From an uncultured Gemmatimonadales bacterium (GTDB lineage: Bacteria; Gemmatimonadota; Gemmatimonadetes; Gemmatimonadales; GWC2-71-9), in the NCBI GenBank assembly GCA_963728915.1, contig CAVSLV010000004.1, forward strand, positions 288,001-352,000: 64,000 bases of DNA. Direction: 5' to 3'. The translations under genes and the position numbers were made by a program. Positions within the stretch are counted from its first letter, which is position 1. Each line of letters opens with the position of its first letter. Positions 1-11,258 of the stretch are shown here, in pieces. The notes beneath the pieces were generated by a model. That model ran no database searches. It was not told the DNA's origin and saw only the letters and a program-made list of their open reading frames with translations.

Positions 1-763
1 CGCCGCGGTGCGGGAGGTCGATGAAGGGTTCAACCCCGAGGTCGGGTTTCTGGAGCGGCCGGCCTTTCGGTTCTACAACTTCCGGATTCTCCGGCACCTT
101 CGAACGCCGGGCCTCCGGTGGTTTCGCGAGGCCCGGCCGCACCTCACCTTCCGCCAGTACGACGATCCGGATGGGACGCCCCAGAGCCGGTTGATCCACA
201 TCGACAGTCACATGTTGTTCGCGAACGGCGCCTTCTTCGAGACCCCCGGGCTCAACTTCATCCGGGAGGCGTTCCGGGCTCCGTTCGAGATCGCTCCCGG
301 CGTGATCCTCCAGCCCGGAGTCTACGACTGGTTCGAGTGGCAGATGAACTACAACACCAATCTCAGCGCACCGATCTCAGTGGGCGGCAAGGCGTCGGCG
401 GGGCAGTTCTACACCGGAACCCACGAGGCCCTGACCGCCACGGTGACGGCCCGGCCGAGCCATCGCCTCGATGCCCAGCTCAGGCTCAACCTGGAGCACG
501 TGAGCCTCGACGAAGGGAAATTCGATCGGGTCCTGGTGGGGTTGCGTCTCGCCTACGCGTTCACACCGCGGATCTACCTCCAGAGTCTGACCCAGTACAA
601 CAACCAGACCAGCACCTTCGCCGCCAACGTCCGCTTCAGCTGGCTCGGTCCCGCGGGCACCGGACTCTTCGTCGTCCTCAATGAGGGAAGGGAAACCGGC
701 GCGAACGCCAGACCGCTGGACCGGGCTCTGGTCGTCAAGTTCACCCGTCAGTTCGATCTGTAG
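1..763 (+). CDS. C-terminal part of an outer-membrane beta-barrel protein (DUF5916/CBM9-associated type), 5' end outside window
   Basis: Open frame from the window edge; alternating beta-strand pattern; ends ...LVVKFTRQFDL. Confidence 0.6.
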   Translation, partial: AAVREVDEGFNPEVGFLERPAFRFYNFRILRHLRTPGLRWFREARPHLTFRQYDDPDGTPQSRLIHIDSHMLFANGAFFETPGLNFIREAFRAPFEIAPGVILQPGVYDWFEWQMNYNTNLSAPISVGGKASAGQFYTGTHEALTATVTARPSHRLDAQLRLNLEHVSLDEGKFDRVLVGLRLAYAFTPRIYLQSLTQYNNQTSTFAANVRFSWLGPAGTGLFVVLNEGRETGANARPLDRALVVKFTRQFDL

Positions 764-768
764 CCCGG

Positions 769-1872
769 CTACTGGTATTGGATGTACACCGGTCGGGGCC
801 GAAGGGTCAGGACTTCCCGAGGAGTGAGCAGGGCGTGGCCGGTTTTGGTATCGTTCCGGAAGAAGAGCTTGAACCCGGTGAATTGCACCGGCTCAGCCAC
901 CTGGCAGAGTGCGTAGCTGTCGAACTTGAGCCAGGGTTCTCCCCATCCGTCCATGTTGATCACGACCTGAACGCGCGGGTCCAGCCGGATGGCGCTCGCG
1001 TCCTGGAGCATCTGCCTGGTGAAGCGATGGACGACCAGCACCTTCGGGGGCAGGTGGTACTGATCGACCAGCTTCGCCAGGGTTTCGATGGCGTGATTGA
1101 CTTCCGCGCCGGTCAGGGTGCCGATCCGCTTTCCGGGCCGATGGCCGGCGCTCCGGTAATGCATATAGAACTCGGGGTCGATTCCGAGGTGGATGTCGGG
1201 ACGCGTCAGCCAGGGGAGAAGCCGCGGGAGCTCCTGCTCGATGGTGCTGTACCCGGCTTGAATGTCGAGGAAGAGGATGGCGTTCCGGGACTGGGCCCAG
1301 CGGTAGACCTTCTCGATCAGGGCGCTATCCATCCGGATGCGATACTGGCCGTCGCGCCCGGGTTTCTCCTGGGCGACCACGGTGATGAGATGAAGAGCCG
1401 GCTGGACCGGGGTATCGGGATCGGCGTCGTGCCACTCCCTGGTGATCGTATCGAGCCGCGCCAGCATCCGCTCGGGAGCGATCTCGCCGAGGATTCCCAT
1501 GCGTGGAGATAGAGGATTTCCGTAGAACGCGACGATCCGCTTCGCCGGGAGGATGGAATACGGGCTCGGGTCGGGGCCGGCAGGCCAGGTCCCTTGCCGG
1601 AAGCCTTTACGGATCGCCGAGGCGAGCGAAATGCTGTCTCGAAGGGTCCGCCTCGGCCGGAAGGCGGTCGCGAGGGCCGGAAGGGCCGGTTCGGGAACGC
1701 GGAGGACCGGCACGGTGTCGGGAATCCGGCGGTTCGCCTCCAGCCCGCCGAGCTGCGACCGGTTGAGCTCGGGGCTCCGGTCCTGGCGGTGCACCGGCGC
1801 GCGGGGCGCACGGGCGCAGGCGATCAGCGAGACGACGAGGAGCGGTGAAAAACCGGGAAAATGGCGGGGCAT
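769..1872 (-). CDS. Conserved hypothetical lipoprotein
   Basis: Long ORF; lipobox-like LIAC after a hydrophobic stretch; start chosen at ATG 1872 (1893 also possible). Confidence 0.6.
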   Translation of the reverse strand: MPRHFPGFSPLLVVSLIACARAPRAPVHRQDRSPELNRSQLGGLEANRRIPDTVPVLRVPEPALPALATAFRPRRTLRDSISLASAIRKGFRQGTWPAGPDPSPYSILPAKRIVAFYGNPLSPRMGILGEIAPERMLARLDTITREWHDADPDTPVQPALHLITVVAQEKPGRDGQYRIRMDSALIEKVYRWAQSRNAILFLDIQAGYSTIEQELPRLLPWLTRPDIHLGIDPEFYMHYRSAGHRPGKRIGTLTGAEVNHAIETLAKLVDQYHLPPKVLVVHRFTRQMLQDASAIRLDPRVQVVINMDGWGEPWLKFDSYALCQVAEPVQFTGFKLFFRNDTKTGHALLTPREVLTLRPRPVYIQYQ

Positions 1873-1955
1873 CGTCGAAGGCTGGTCGTGCATTTTCCTT
1901 GCCACCTGCCCGCATCCTCTCCTATTGTTCCGTGGTTCCCTGACAGGAGGACGTT

Positions 1956-2825
1956 GTGCGGGCCTGGCGCATGGCACTCCTGGTTCTTTGCGCCGGCTTG
2001 AGCTGCCGGGTGGAGCAGCGGCTTCCCCGGGCCGGAGCGGGATTGATCACTGCGGACGGGATGCTCCGGGTCCCGGCCGATTCGGAGATTCCGGAAGGCT
2101 CGCTCGGGCGGGCGATCCGCCGGGGTCGCGCGTTGCTCCAGCACACCCCGGACAGTCTTCCGGGTTATGCCCGAAGCGGATTGCGCTGCTTCAGCTGCCA
2201 TCTGCGGGACGGGACTCAGCCCGGCGCGCTGCCGCTGGTGGGTGTCTACTCCCGGTTTCCCCAGTACCGTTCGAGGAACGACATCATCAATCTGATCGAA
2301 GACCGGGTCAACGATTGCTTCCAGCGAAGTCTGAGCGGCAACCCGCTGCCTCCGGACGGGCCCGACATGCGGGCGATCGTGGCGTATCTCGCGTTCATCT
2401 CCCGGGGCATCGCGCCGCCGGGAGAGGTTCCCGGGTTAGGAGTGCGCACGCTGCCGGCGCTCACTCCCGACAGCGGACGGGGTCGCCAGCTCTTCGGCGC
2501 CATCTGCGCCCGGTGCCACGGGCCGGAGGGCCAGGGGACCGAGCTCGCGACTCCGCTGTGGGGCCCCCGCTCGTTCGACATCGGCGCCGGTCTGGCCCGG
2601 CTCAACACCGCGGCGGGGTTCATCCGGGAGAACATGCCCTACGACCGGGCGGTGATCCTGACCGATCAGCAGGCCTACGACGTCGCCGCCTTCGTGCTGT
2701 CGCACCCCCGGCCCGATTTCCCCGGCAAGGCGTTCGACTGGCCCAACGGCAACCCGCCGCCTGACGTGCCCTATCCGACCCGGGGCCGGAGCGGCAATCC
2801 GCAGCGACCTCCCGGATCCCGGTGA
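1956..2825 (+). CDS. tsdA: Diheme c-type cytochrome, thiosulfate dehydrogenase TsdA-like
   Basis: Two CxxCH motifs (CFSCH, CARCH); RVNDCFQRS catalytic-Cys motif; PLWG..SF.IGAG and NMP Met ligand; AGGAGG RBS at 1945-1950. Confidence 0.8.
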   Translation: MRAWRMALLVLCAGLSCRVEQRLPRAGAGLITADGMLRVPADSEIPEGSLGRAIRRGRALLQHTPDSLPGYARSGLRCFSCHLRDGTQPGALPLVGVYSRFPQYRSRNDIINLIEDRVNDCFQRSLSGNPLPPDGPDMRAIVAYLAFISRGIAPPGEVPGLGVRTLPALTPDSGRGRQLFGAICARCHGPEGQGTELATPLWGPRSFDIGAGLARLNTAAGFIRENMPYDRAVILTDQQAYDVAAFVLSHPRPDFPGKAFDWPNGNPPPDVPYPTRGRSGNPQRPPGSR

Positions 2826-4531
2826 CGTCGCCCCGGAACGGGGTCCCCGACCGCACCATCCCGCCCCACGCGGGAGAGCGTCGATTCGGTCCTCTGGAGC
2901 AGCGGAACTTTCTCCGCTGGGTGTACCTGGGCCGGACCATTCTCGCCACCCTGCTGCTGGTGCGCCTCTCGCTCAACCGCACCTCGGCGCCCGACATCGC
3001 CTTCTACGCCGTCCTGATCGTCCTCCTCGCCTACGCGGTTACCGGCTACGGCTTCTTCACCAACTACGTCAAGAAGCGGCGGGCGGGGCTGCTGTTCCTG
3101 TTCTGTCATGCCGCGACCGATCTCCTGCTGGTGACCATGCTGGTGCATTTCGGGGGCGCCGGAAAGAGCGGGTGGGTCGCTCTCTACGTGCCGGTCATCG
3201 CGGTGTATGCCCTGCTCATGCCGCTTCGTCTCAGTGTGCTGACCGGCATGGTGGCCGCGGGACTCTTCCTGATCGATTCGTTCGTGCTGCAGGAGATCCC
3301 GGAAGGGAGCTGGGTCTGGGGCCAGGTGGTCGTCTTTGCGATGATCGCGCTGGTCGTTGCCTACCTTGGGCAGCGCCTTCGCGCCGCGTCGGTCGAGCAC
3401 AGCGAGCTCGAAATCGAGCTGCGCCGGGTGCGGATGGAGGCCGACGAGATCCTTCGCAGTATCAGGAGCGGCGTGATCACCGTGGACGGGCAGGGGCGCC
3501 TTGCCTTCCTGAATCTCGCCGCGGAGCACCTGCTCGGCCTGCCGGCCGCCCAATGGCTCGGGTTCCCGGTGTTGGACGAGCTGGGGCGGCGCTCTCCCGA
3601 GCTGCTCGAAGCCATCTCGACCGGAATCGAGGGGGGACGGCGGGTGGTGCGGGGAGAGGGAACCGCCTGGCGCGCCGATGGCCATCGGGTGCCAATCGGG
3701 CTTTCCACCACGACGTTCGTCCGTCCCTCGGAGGATCTCCCGAGCGTTACTGCAATATTCACCGACATTTCCGATTTGCAGCAGATTCAGGCATTGCACT
3801 TGCGCGCAGAGCGACTGGAGGCCGTCGCCGCGCTGTCCGCCTCGCTGGCCCACGAGATCAGGAATCCCCTCGCTTCGATCCGGAGCTCGGTGGAGCAGCT
3901 GGCCCGAGTGACCCGGGAAGATCCCGATGAACGGGTCCTCGGCGATCTGATCATGCGGGAGACCGACCGGCTGAGCCGCCTCCTGGGAGAGTTCCTGGAT
4001 TTCTCCCGGGTCAGGGCCAGCCACTTCGATACGGTGGACCTGACCGCCGTCGTGCGGGGAGCGGCGCAGCTGATCCGGGAGCACCCCGATACCGGGCCGG
4101 GAGTCGAGATCACGGTGCAGGGTGAGCCGGTGGAAATCGAGGCCGACGAGGACCTGCTTCACCGGATCTGCACCAACCTGATCCTGAATGCGGCCCAGGT
4201 GATGAACGGCGCCGGCCGGATCGAGGTGATCGTGGATCACCCGGCCCCGGGGGAACTGTCGGTGGGGCCGGGAGGCGAAAGCACCGAGATCGAATACCCG
4301 GTGCGACTCCGGGTCCGGGATGACGGTCCGGGGATCGATCCTGATCTGATGCCGAGGCTGTTCGAGCCATTCGTATCGGGACGGCCGGGCGGGAGCGGTC
4401 TCGGGCTCGCCATCGTGCAGCGCGCCGTGGTGGCGCATCGCGGTGTCGCGACGGTGGAATCCGCTCCCGGTGATGGCACCACGTTTACCATTCTGCTCAA
4501 CGGCAAAAGGCCTCCGGAGGACCGTGCATGA
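2822..4531 (+). CDS. pilS: Membrane sensor histidine kinase with PAS domain, PilS-like
   Basis: N-terminal TM helices, PAS, H-box AHEIRNPL, N/G1/F/G2 boxes; lies in a T4P locus. Confidence 0.8.
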   Translation: MTSPRNGVPDRTIPPHAGERRFGPLEQRNFLRWVYLGRTILATLLLVRLSLNRTSAPDIAFYAVLIVLLAYAVTGYGFFTNYVKKRRAGLLFLFCHAATDLLLVTMLVHFGGAGKSGWVALYVPVIAVYALLMPLRLSVLTGMVAAGLFLIDSFVLQEIPEGSWVWGQVVVFAMIALVVAYLGQRLRAASVEHSELEIELRRVRMEADEILRSIRSGVITVDGQGRLAFLNLAAEHLLGLPAAQWLGFPVLDELGRRSPELLEAISTGIEGGRRVVRGEGTAWRADGHRVPIGLSTTTFVRPSEDLPSVTAIFTDISDLQQIQALHLRAERLEAVAALSASLAHEIRNPLASIRSSVEQLARVTREDPDERVLGDLIMRETDRLSRLLGEFLDFSRVRASHFDTVDLTAVVRGAAQLIREHPDTGPGVEITVQGEPVEIEADEDLLHRICTNLILNAAQVMNGAGRIEVIVDHPAPGELSVGPGGESTEIEYPVRLRVRDDGPGIDPDLMPRLFEPFVSGRPGGSGLGLAIVQRAVVAHRGVATVESAPGDGTTFTILLNGKRPPEDRA

Positions 4532-5904
4532 GCCAACAGGCTTCGATCCTCATCGTCGATGACGAGTCGGGCATTCTCGACACCTTGCGGATCCTCCTCA
4601 AGAAAGAAGGATTCGACGTCACCACCGCCCAGGGCGGAAAGGCCGGCCTCGAGCAGATCCGCTCCGGGAATCACGACATCGTCCTTACCGACGTGCGGAT
4701 GCCCCAGGTCACCGGGCTCGATATCCTCGCCACGGCGAAGGAGCAGGACCCGGTGACGCCGGTGATCCTGATGACCGCGCAGGCCTCGCTGCAAACCGCG
4801 ATTCAGGCCGTGAACCAGGGCGCCTTTTATTACATCCAGAAGCCCTTCTCGAACGAAGAGATGCTGGCGATTCTCCGGCGGGCCTGCGAGTATCGCCAGA
4901 TCCGGGTCGAGAACCGCCAGCTCAAGCAGGAGATCCGGCGGCGGGACAAGAGCACGGTGGTTCGACCGATCGGCAAATCCCGGCGGTTCACCGACGTGCT
5001 CCGGCTCGCCGAGCAGGTCGCGCCCAATGACTCGACCGTGCTGATCCAGGGGGAGAGCGGCACCGGGAAAGAGGTCCTGGCCCGGTACATCCATAACCTC
5101 TCCCATCGCGCCGATGGTCCTTTTCTCTCGATCAACTGCGGCGCGCTTCCCGAGAATCTGCTGGAGAGCGAGCTGTTCGGGCACGTGAAGGGGTCCTTTA
5201 CCGGCGCGGTGCGCGACAAACAGGGTCTCTTCGCCGCGGCGCGGGGAGGCACGTTCTTTCTCGACGAAGTGGGGGAGATGCCGCCCTCGCTCCAGATCAA
5301 GCTGCTCCGGGTGCTGCAGGAGCGCGAGGTCATTCCGGTCGGCGCCACCGAAACGATTCCGGTCGACGTCCGGATCGTGGCGGCGACCAATCGCGACCTG
5401 GAGGAAGAGGTCCGCCGGGGTCACTTCCGCTCGGATCTCTTCTATCGACTCAACGTGATTGCGCTGGAGCTGCCTTCGCTTCGGGATCGGCGCGACGATC
5501 TCATCCTGTTGATCGACTATGTCCTTCAGGAGCTCGGGACGGAGCGGGACGAGGCGGCCAAGGCGTTATCGGCGGAGGCGCTCGATGCCGTGATGGTGTA
5601 CGACTGGCCCGGCAACGTACGGGAGCTCCAGAACGCGCTGGAGCACGCCGTGGTGCTGAGCAAGGGCCCCCTGATCGAGCCGGGCACCCTGCCCGAACGG
5701 ATTACCCGCCGCCGGCGCGAGCCGCTGGTGGCGGAACGGTCCTCACCTAACCCGTCGCTCGACGTGATCGAGCGCGCCTACATCATGTGGGTGCTCCAGG
5801 CCGAAGGGGGCAACAAGACCCGGGCGGCTGAGATCCTCGGGATCGATCCCTCCACGCTGTATCGCAAGCTCAGCCGCTACGAAGAGCAGCCGGCCGCCGG
5901 GTGA
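4528..5904 (+). CDS. pilR: Sigma-54-dependent response regulator (REC-AAA-HTH), PilR-like
   Basis: REC domain, [28 protein letters not shown], Fis HTH; ATGA overlap with the kinase. Confidence 0.85.
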   Translation: MSQQASILIVDDESGILDTLRILLKKEGFDVTTAQGGKAGLEQIRSGNHDIVLTDVRMPQVTGLDILATAKEQDPVTPVILMTAQASLQTAIQAVNQGAFYYIQKPFSNEEMLAILRRACEYRQIRVENRQLKQEIRRRDKSTVVRPIGKSRRFTDVLRLAEQVAPNDSTVLIQGESGTGKEVLARYIHNLSHRADGPFLSINCGALPENLLESELFGHVKGSFTGAVRDKQGLFAAARGGTFFLDEVGEMPPSLQIKLLRVLQEREVIPVGATETIPVDVRIVAATNRDLEEEVRRGHFRSDLFYRLNVIALELPSLRDRRDDLILLIDYVLQELGTERDEAAKALSAEALDAVMVYDWPGNVRELQNALEHAVVLSKGPLIEPGTLPERITRRRREPLVAERSSPNPSLDVIERAYIMWVLQAEGGNKTRAAEILGIDPSTLYRKLSRYEEQPAAG

Positions 5905-6113
5905 TCGTTCTGCTCGGCTTTTTCCGCGTTCATCCTGGGACTCGCGCTGGGCGCCTGGTGGATTACGCCGAATCGCTGGTGACCCGTCAGTTCTCCTCCG
6001 GGGTGGCAGGCGCCTGGGGGGTTCGGAGTTCCTCGAGCCGCTCCGCGGAGGATCTGCGCCTGTTGCTCATGGAAGCCTCCGTGCAGGAGGCGCTCAGAAC
6101 CCCGGAGCATTAA
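5901..6113 (+). CDS. Possible small hypothetical protein (70 aa)
   Basis: Fills the gap exactly, with GTGA overlap upstream and TAATG overlap downstream; no family recognised. Confidence 0.35.
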   Translation: MIVLLGFFRVHPGTRAGRLVDYAESLVTRQFSSGVAGAWGVRSSSSRSAEDLRLLLMEASVQEALRTPEH

Positions 6114-6823
6114 TGGACATTCCCCGGCTCTCGGTCATCGTTCCGGTCTACAACGAGCGCAACACGGTGGAGCAGATCGTGGATCGGCTGCGGGCCGTTC
6201 CCCTGCCGATGGAGATCATCGCGGTGAACGATTGCTCCCAGGACGGGAGTGGGGAGATCCTCGATCGGCTCAAGGCCGCGGGCGCCATCGATGTGGTCAT
6301 CCATCACGAAGTGAATCGGGGGAAGGGCGCCTCCCTGCGGGACGGCATTGCGCACGCGTCCGGCGATGTGATCGTGGTCCAGGATGCCGATCTGGAGTAC
6401 GACCCCCATGAGTTCGGGCGTTTGCTCTCTCCGATCATGGAGGGCAAGGCGGACGCCGTATTCGGGTCGCGCTTTCTCGGTGGCGGCGGGCGGGTGCTCT
6501 ACTACTGGCACTCGGTGGGCAACCGGGTCCTGACCACGCTGTCGAACATGTTCACCAACATCAACCTCACCGACATGGAGACCTGCTACAAGATGGTGAA
6601 GGCTCCGTTGATGAAATCGCTGGTGCTGACCAGTGATCGGTTCGGATTCGAGCCGGAGATCGTCGCTCGATTGTCCAAAGCGCGGGCCCGGATCTGGGAG
6701 CTCCCCATCACCTACAGCGGGCGCACCTACGAGGAAGGGAAGAAGATCGGCTGGCGGGACGGGGTCGCCGCCTTCTGGCACATCCTGCGGTACAACCTGT
6801 TTACGCCCCGGAGATCCCCCTGA
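6113..6823 (+). CDS. GT2 glycosyltransferase, polyprenol-phosphate sugar synthase (DPM1-like)
   Basis: [45 protein letters not shown]. Confidence 0.9.
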   Translation: MDIPRLSVIVPVYNERNTVEQIVDRLRAVPLPMEIIAVNDCSQDGSGEILDRLKAAGAIDVVIHHEVNRGKGASLRDGIAHASGDVIVVQDADLEYDPHEFGRLLSPIMEGKADAVFGSRFLGGGGRVLYYWHSVGNRVLTTLSNMFTNINLTDMETCYKMVKAPLMKSLVLTSDRFGFEPEIVARLSKARARIWELPITYSGRTYEEGKKIGWRDGVAAFWHILRYNLFTPRRSP

Positions 6824-8859
6824 CCGCCGGCGCGCGGTCGGATCGTATCATCACCGCGGCGGCAGCCGCGTTTTTGCTGGTGCTGGGGCTCGTCCCGATC
6901 GCCAACTGGATTCCCGGCGGCCCCGAGGCGCCCTGGTTCGGCGGCGTGGCCTCGGAGTTTCTGCAATCCACGGTCATCGCGGTCGGGGTCGGGATATTGG
7001 GGGCGTTGCTGGCCCGGCGGATCCCCGGGAGATGGCCTGCACGAGCGCTCGACCCGGTCGAAACGTCTCTGACGTCGCATCGCGTGGGGTGGATCCTGGC
7101 CGTCGCCGGGATCGGGTTTGTCACTCTACGCGCTCACCGCCCGGTTCGTTTTCAGCGGAAAACCGCTGCTGATCGACGAGATCGTTCAGACCTGGCAGGC
7201 CCGCCTCCTGGCGCACGGGCGATTGTGGAGCCCGGTCGCGTCGCACCCGGAATTCTTCAGCAGCCTGCACATCGTCGAGCAGGACGGCCGGGTGTACGGG
7301 CAGTTCCCGATCGGCGGCCCCGCCATGCTGGCCCTGGGGAGCCTGGTCCACGCCGAATGGCTGGTTGGCCCGGTCTTCGGCGCGCTGTCGGTGATGGGGT
7401 TCGGCCTGCTGGCCCGCCGGATCGAACCGCGTCCAATGATCGCGCTGGGGGCGACCCTGCTGTTTGCCCTGGCGCCGTTCGCGGTGTTCATGTCCGGCTC
7501 CCACATGAACCACGTGACCGCGCTCTGCTGGCTGGTCTGGGGGATGCTGTTCCTGGTGCGGGCCACCGGCGAGAACCCCGCCGCCGGGAACGGCGTCCTG
7601 TGCGGGTTATGCCTCGGCGTGGCTGCCACGATCCGGCCGATCGACGCGCTGGCGTTTGCGCTCCCTGCCGCGGCCTGGCTTCTGATCGGTGCGGTCCGGC
7701 GCCGGCGCGGCGCCTGGCGCCGCTGCTCGGCGCCGGTGTCGGGATCGCGGTTCCCCTCGCGCTGCTCGGCCTGGCCAACCGGGCCACCACCGGCTCGGTG
7801 TTCGAATTCGGCTACTCGGTGCTGTGGGGTCCGGGGCATGGGTTGGGTTTCCATGTCCCTCCCTGGGGGGAGCCCCACACCCCCATCCGGGGACTCCAGC
7901 TCATCAACGTCTACCTGCTCCGCCTCCAGACCTATCTCTTTGAAGCCGGGATTCCCTCGCTGCTCCCGGCGACGGTGGCTCTGGCGCTGACCCGGAAGAT
8001 CGGCGGGTTCGATCGCTATCTGCTCGTCGCGAGTGGTCTCCTGGTCGGGTTCTACTTCGCCTACTGGCACGACGGTTTCTACCTGGGGCCCCGATTCATG
8101 TATCCGCTCCTGCCGGTGCTGGCGTTGTGGACCGCGCGAAGCGTCGCGGCGATCCGGGCCCGGGCCGGGGCCGGGAGCGTCCCGGCGCGGTCGGCCCTGC
8201 TGGCCGGAGTGGTGGCCCTCGCCTTCGGCCTGGGATTCGGGATTCCCGAGCGGCTGGGACAGTATCGCGCCGGCATGCTTTCGCTGCGTTGGGACGCCGA
8301 CCAGGCCGCGGCGGAGGCCGGGGTCCGTGATGCCCTGGTCCTGGTGCGGGAAAGCTGGGGGGCGGAGCTGATCGCCCGGCTCTGGGCCCTCGACATAACC
8401 CGCCCGCAGGCCGACGCGGCGTACCGGACCATCGACCCCTGCCGGCTGGACTCGGCGATCACCAGCCTGGAGGGTCGGCACGCGCGGGGAACCGAGGCGA
8501 TGGGATCGCTCGCGCCCCTCCAGTCCGATTCCGCCCGGCTGGTTTCCGCGCCCGAGCTCACCGGCGATCCGTCGCTCCGGGTCGAGGTCGGCGCCCATTA
8601 CTCCGGTTACTGCGTCGCGAGGCTGCGCCAGAACGAAGCGGGGTTCACTTTGTTCTCGCCCTTGCTCCTGGCGCGCTACGGAGAGAACGTGTATGCCCGC
8701 GATCTCGGCGCCAGCGACAGTCTCCTGCTTCCTGCTTATCCGGGACGAAGCATCTTCCTCCTCAAGCCGGAGTCGGGTGGGGTGGGAGCCATGCCGAAGT
8801 TCCAGCATCTCGACCTCGATTCTCTCCGGGCGGCCTGGCGGCGCGAAGCGGGGACCTGA
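6820..8859 (+). CDS. GT-C fold (ArnT/PMT-like) membrane glycosyltransferase with two compensating frameshifts (~7120 and ~7715)
   Basis: Hydrophobic coding sense switches from ORF 6874 to ORF 7118 (LLIDEIVQ.. DE motif) and back; FYLGPRF motif; start uncertain (CTG 6820 or TTG 6874). Confidence 0.6.
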   Translation: MTAGARSDRIITAAAAAFLLVLGLVPIANWIPGGPEAPWFGGVASEFLQSTVIAVGVGILGALLARRIPGRWPARALDPVETSLTSHRVGWILAVAGIGFVTLRAHRPVRFQRKTAADRRDRSDLAGPPPGARAIVEPGRVAPGILQQPAHRRAGRPGVRAVPDRRPRHAGPGEPGPRRMAGWPGLRRAVGDGVRPAGPPDRTASNDRAGGDPAVCPGAVRGVHVRLPHEPRDRALLAGLGDAVPGAGHRREPRRRERRPVRVMPRRGCHDPADRRAGVCAPCRGLASDRCGPAPARRLAPLLGAGVGIAVPLALLGLANRATTGSVFEFGYSVLWGPGHGLGFHVPPWGEPHTPIRGLQLINVYLLRLQTYLFEAGIPSLLPATVALALTRKIGGFDRYLLVASGLLVGFYFAYWHDGFYLGPRFMYPLLPVLALWTARSVAAIRARAGAGSVPARSALLAGVVALAFGLGFGIPERLGQYRAGMLSLRWDADQAAAEAGVRDALVLVRESWGAELIARLWALDITRPQADAAYRTIDPCRLDSAITSLEGRHARGTEAMGSLAPLQSDSARLVSAPELTGDPSLRVEVGAHYSGYCVARLRQNEAGFTLFSPLLLARYGENVYARDLGASDSLLLPAYPGRSIFLLKPESGGVGAMPKFQHLDLDSLRAAWRREAGT

Positions 8860-8929
8860 TGCACGGTCTCCTTCTCTTTGCACTGAATCCAGCGTCATGA
8901 CTGGCGGAGCGAGGCGCGCTGAGCCGATG

Positions 8930-9727
8930 CTAACCGGAGGCTCCGTAGCGCTCGCGGAGCGCGGCGAGCTCCGCGGCCGAAAGCGCGGCGAGCGCGGGAC
9001 TCCGATAACTGCCGCGGAGCTGGCGCAGCTTCAGCGCGGCGAGGTCCAGCAGGCCCCGCGCCGAGTCCCGGAAGGGCCGCACCGAGGTACCCAGGTTCCG
9101 CCGCAGTCGGACCGGTACCCGCTTGATGTCGAGCCCGTGCTTGAGCGCGAGGTAGACCACTTCCACCTCGAAGGCGAAGCGGTCGATCCGCACCAGCCGG
9201 AACAGCTCGTCGGCGACGTCGCCCCGCACCGCCTTGATCCCGCACTGGGTGTCGAAGAAGCCCCCGGTCACCAGGGTCCCGATGAACTTCGAGGCGACGC
9301 CCGACAGCGTCCGCCGGGCGAGCGAGGTGGCCTCGCCGTAGACCGAGCCGGGCAGGGTGCGGTCGCCGATCACCAGGTGGAAGCCCCGGGCGTCGATCAG
9401 CTCCGCCATCAGCGGGATCAGCTCGCGGTCGTAGGGCAGGTCGGCGTCGGTGAACACCCGGACCCGCCCGCGCGCAGCCAGCATGCCGGTGCGCACTGCC
9501 GCGCCCTTGCCCCGGTTCCGTTCGTGGCAGAGCAGCCGGATGTTCTCCCGCTCAGGCAGCGGGGCGGCCCCGAAGTCGCCCCCCCCGTCGTCCACCACCA
9601 GGATCTCCCAGCTCGGCAGCACCTGGTCCAGGTAACCCGCGAGGACCTCCGCCGACCGCGCGGCGAGCGGAGCCGCCCGGTAGCTCGGCAGTACCACGCT
9701 CACCGCGGGACCCGCTGGAGCTGACAT
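8930..9727 (-). CDS. GT2 glycosyltransferase (dolichyl-phosphate beta-glucosyltransferase-like)
   Basis: SVVLPSY, VDDG, NRGKGAAVRTG, FTDADL, DTQCGIK, FAFEVE. Confidence 0.85.
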   Translation of the reverse strand: MSAPAGPAVSVVLPSYRAAPLAARSAEVLAGYLDQVLPSWEILVVDDGGGDFGAAPLPERENIRLLCHERNRGKGAAVRTGMLAARGRVRVFTDADLPYDRELIPLMAELIDARGFHLVIGDRTLPGSVYGEATSLARRTLSGVASKFIGTLVTGGFFDTQCGIKAVRGDVADELFRLVRIDRFAFEVEVVYLALKHGLDIKRVPVRLRRNLGTSVRPFRDSARGLLDLAALKLRQLRGSYRSPALAALSAAELAALRERYGASG

Positions 9728-11258
9728 GAAGGCCTCGCGCGCCTGGGTGATGGCCGCCCTCGCTCCCCTGATCGCCCTGCTGGTGACCCGGCCCTGGACC
9801 CGGGCCGCTTTCCCGGTCTGGGACTACGCCGAGCTGCTCCCGATCCTGAGAAAGGCGGACGGGTTCTGGCAAGCCCTCGCCGCCCTTGCCGAGTTCAACC
9901 GGGCCGATGGCCGTGCAAACTACCTCGCCTACGCCCAGTTCGCGCTGAGTTGGGAGCTGGCCGGCGACAACCCGGTCCTCTGGCAATGGCAGCGCGCCGC
10001 CGTCATGCTGGTCGCCGCGCTGCTGCTGGTAGCGGTGGCACGGCGGTTCGGCGCCAGCCCACTCGCCGCCGGCCTCGGCGCCCTGCTCTTCACACTCTCG
10101 GTGCCCGGAACCGAGGGCTGGCTCTTCCTCATGGGGGAGCCGCTCGCCGTGCTGCTGCTGCTGCTTCTGCTGCTGGCCTGCGCGGGTTATCGCTCGGCGG
10201 AGCGCTGGCGGCTCCGCGGCCTGTTGATCGCGGGGCTCGTGCTCGGGGTCATGCTCACCAAGGAGGTGCTCGGCGTCCTGCTTCCCGTCACCCTGCTGCT
10301 CGGGTTCTGCCTGGCGCCGGGCGAAGGGTTCCGCCGCCCCGTCCTGGGCCCGCGCGAGCGCTGGCTGATCGGGTGCCTCGGCGTCGTGCTCGCCCTGGAA
10401 GTCTGGTCGGTCCGGGCCGCCCTGGGCGACGCGGCTCCCGGCGGCTACGCCTCGGGATTCGCCAGCGGTGGGCTCGAGCTGGGACGCGTCGGGACGCTAT
10501 TCCAGGCGATGCTCTTGCCCGCCCGCTTCGTCACAGCCGGGATCGGGACGCTCCTCTATCCCGCCAACCTGGCCTTCCTACTCGTGCTGCTGCTGGGTGC
10601 AGCACGGCCGACCGAGGGCCAGCGGCCGGCGGGCTGGGGGTGGTGGGTGGCCGGGCTGCTGGCCTACCCGCTGATCGGCGCGCTTACCTATGGGCTGTGG
10701 CCCCGCTACTCGGCGTTCTACGGGATTCCGTTCTTTGCTGGCGCGGTCGGGCTGTTCATCCTGGCGGGCACCGGGCTGGAGCGCTCACACCGGATTGGCC
10801 GCTGGCTGCTGCTCGGGCTCGGCGCGGCGGCGATCCTCACCGGCGGCGTGGTTGCCGAGCGGGTGATCGCGGAGAAGCGTGCGCTCTCCGACCTCGCGGT
10901 GCGGGTGGTGCGGAGCTTTCCCGAGCGGCCCCGGCTTGACACCCTGCTCGTTGTGGCACCGCCGGGAGGCCGCCGCTGGCCGGTTACTGCTCTCGAATTG
11001 GCGCGCTACGCCGTCGCCATCGGAGTGCCGGGCACCGCGCTGCCCAGAATAACCCGCGATGCGCCCTGCGCTGAGGTCGCCGGCCGGCTGGCTCTCCCGC
11101 TTGGCAGGACCGGGGTGCTCAACGACCAGAACCCCTGTGGCCGCCTGCCGGCCCGGACCGCGGTCTGGGAAGCGGAAGTCCGCTACCGCGACTGGCTCAC
11201 GCTCGGGGGCCGGCGCGATACCGTCCGACTGGAGCTGCTCGCGCCGGCCTGGCGCTAG
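9726..11258 (+). CDS. Multi-pass membrane protein, probable GT-C glycosyltransferase
   Basis: About 11 hydrophobic segments, acidic first loop (WDYAE), TKE motif; glycosylation-cluster context. Confidence 0.55.
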   Translation: MKASRAWVMAALAPLIALLVTRPWTRAAFPVWDYAELLPILRKADGFWQALAALAEFNRADGRANYLAYAQFALSWELAGDNPVLWQWQRAAVMLVAALLLVAVARRFGASPLAAGLGALLFTLSVPGTEGWLFLMGEPLAVLLLLLLLLACAGYRSAERWRLRGLLIAGLVLGVMLTKEVLGVLLPVTLLLGFCLAPGEGFRRPVLGPRERWLIGCLGVVLALEVWSVRAALGDAAPGGYASGFASGGLELGRVGTLFQAMLLPARFVTAGIGTLLYPANLAFLLVLLLGAARPTEGQRPAGWGWWVAGLLAYPLIGALTYGLWPRYSAFYGIPFFAGAVGLFILAGTGLERSHRIGRWLLLGLGAAAILTGGVVAERVIAEKRALSDLAVRVVRSFPERPRLDTLLVVAPPGGRRWPVTALELARYAVAIGVPGTALPRITRDAPCAEVAGRLALPLGRTGVLNDQNPCGRLPARTAVWEAEVRYRDWLTLGGRRDTVRLELLAPAWR

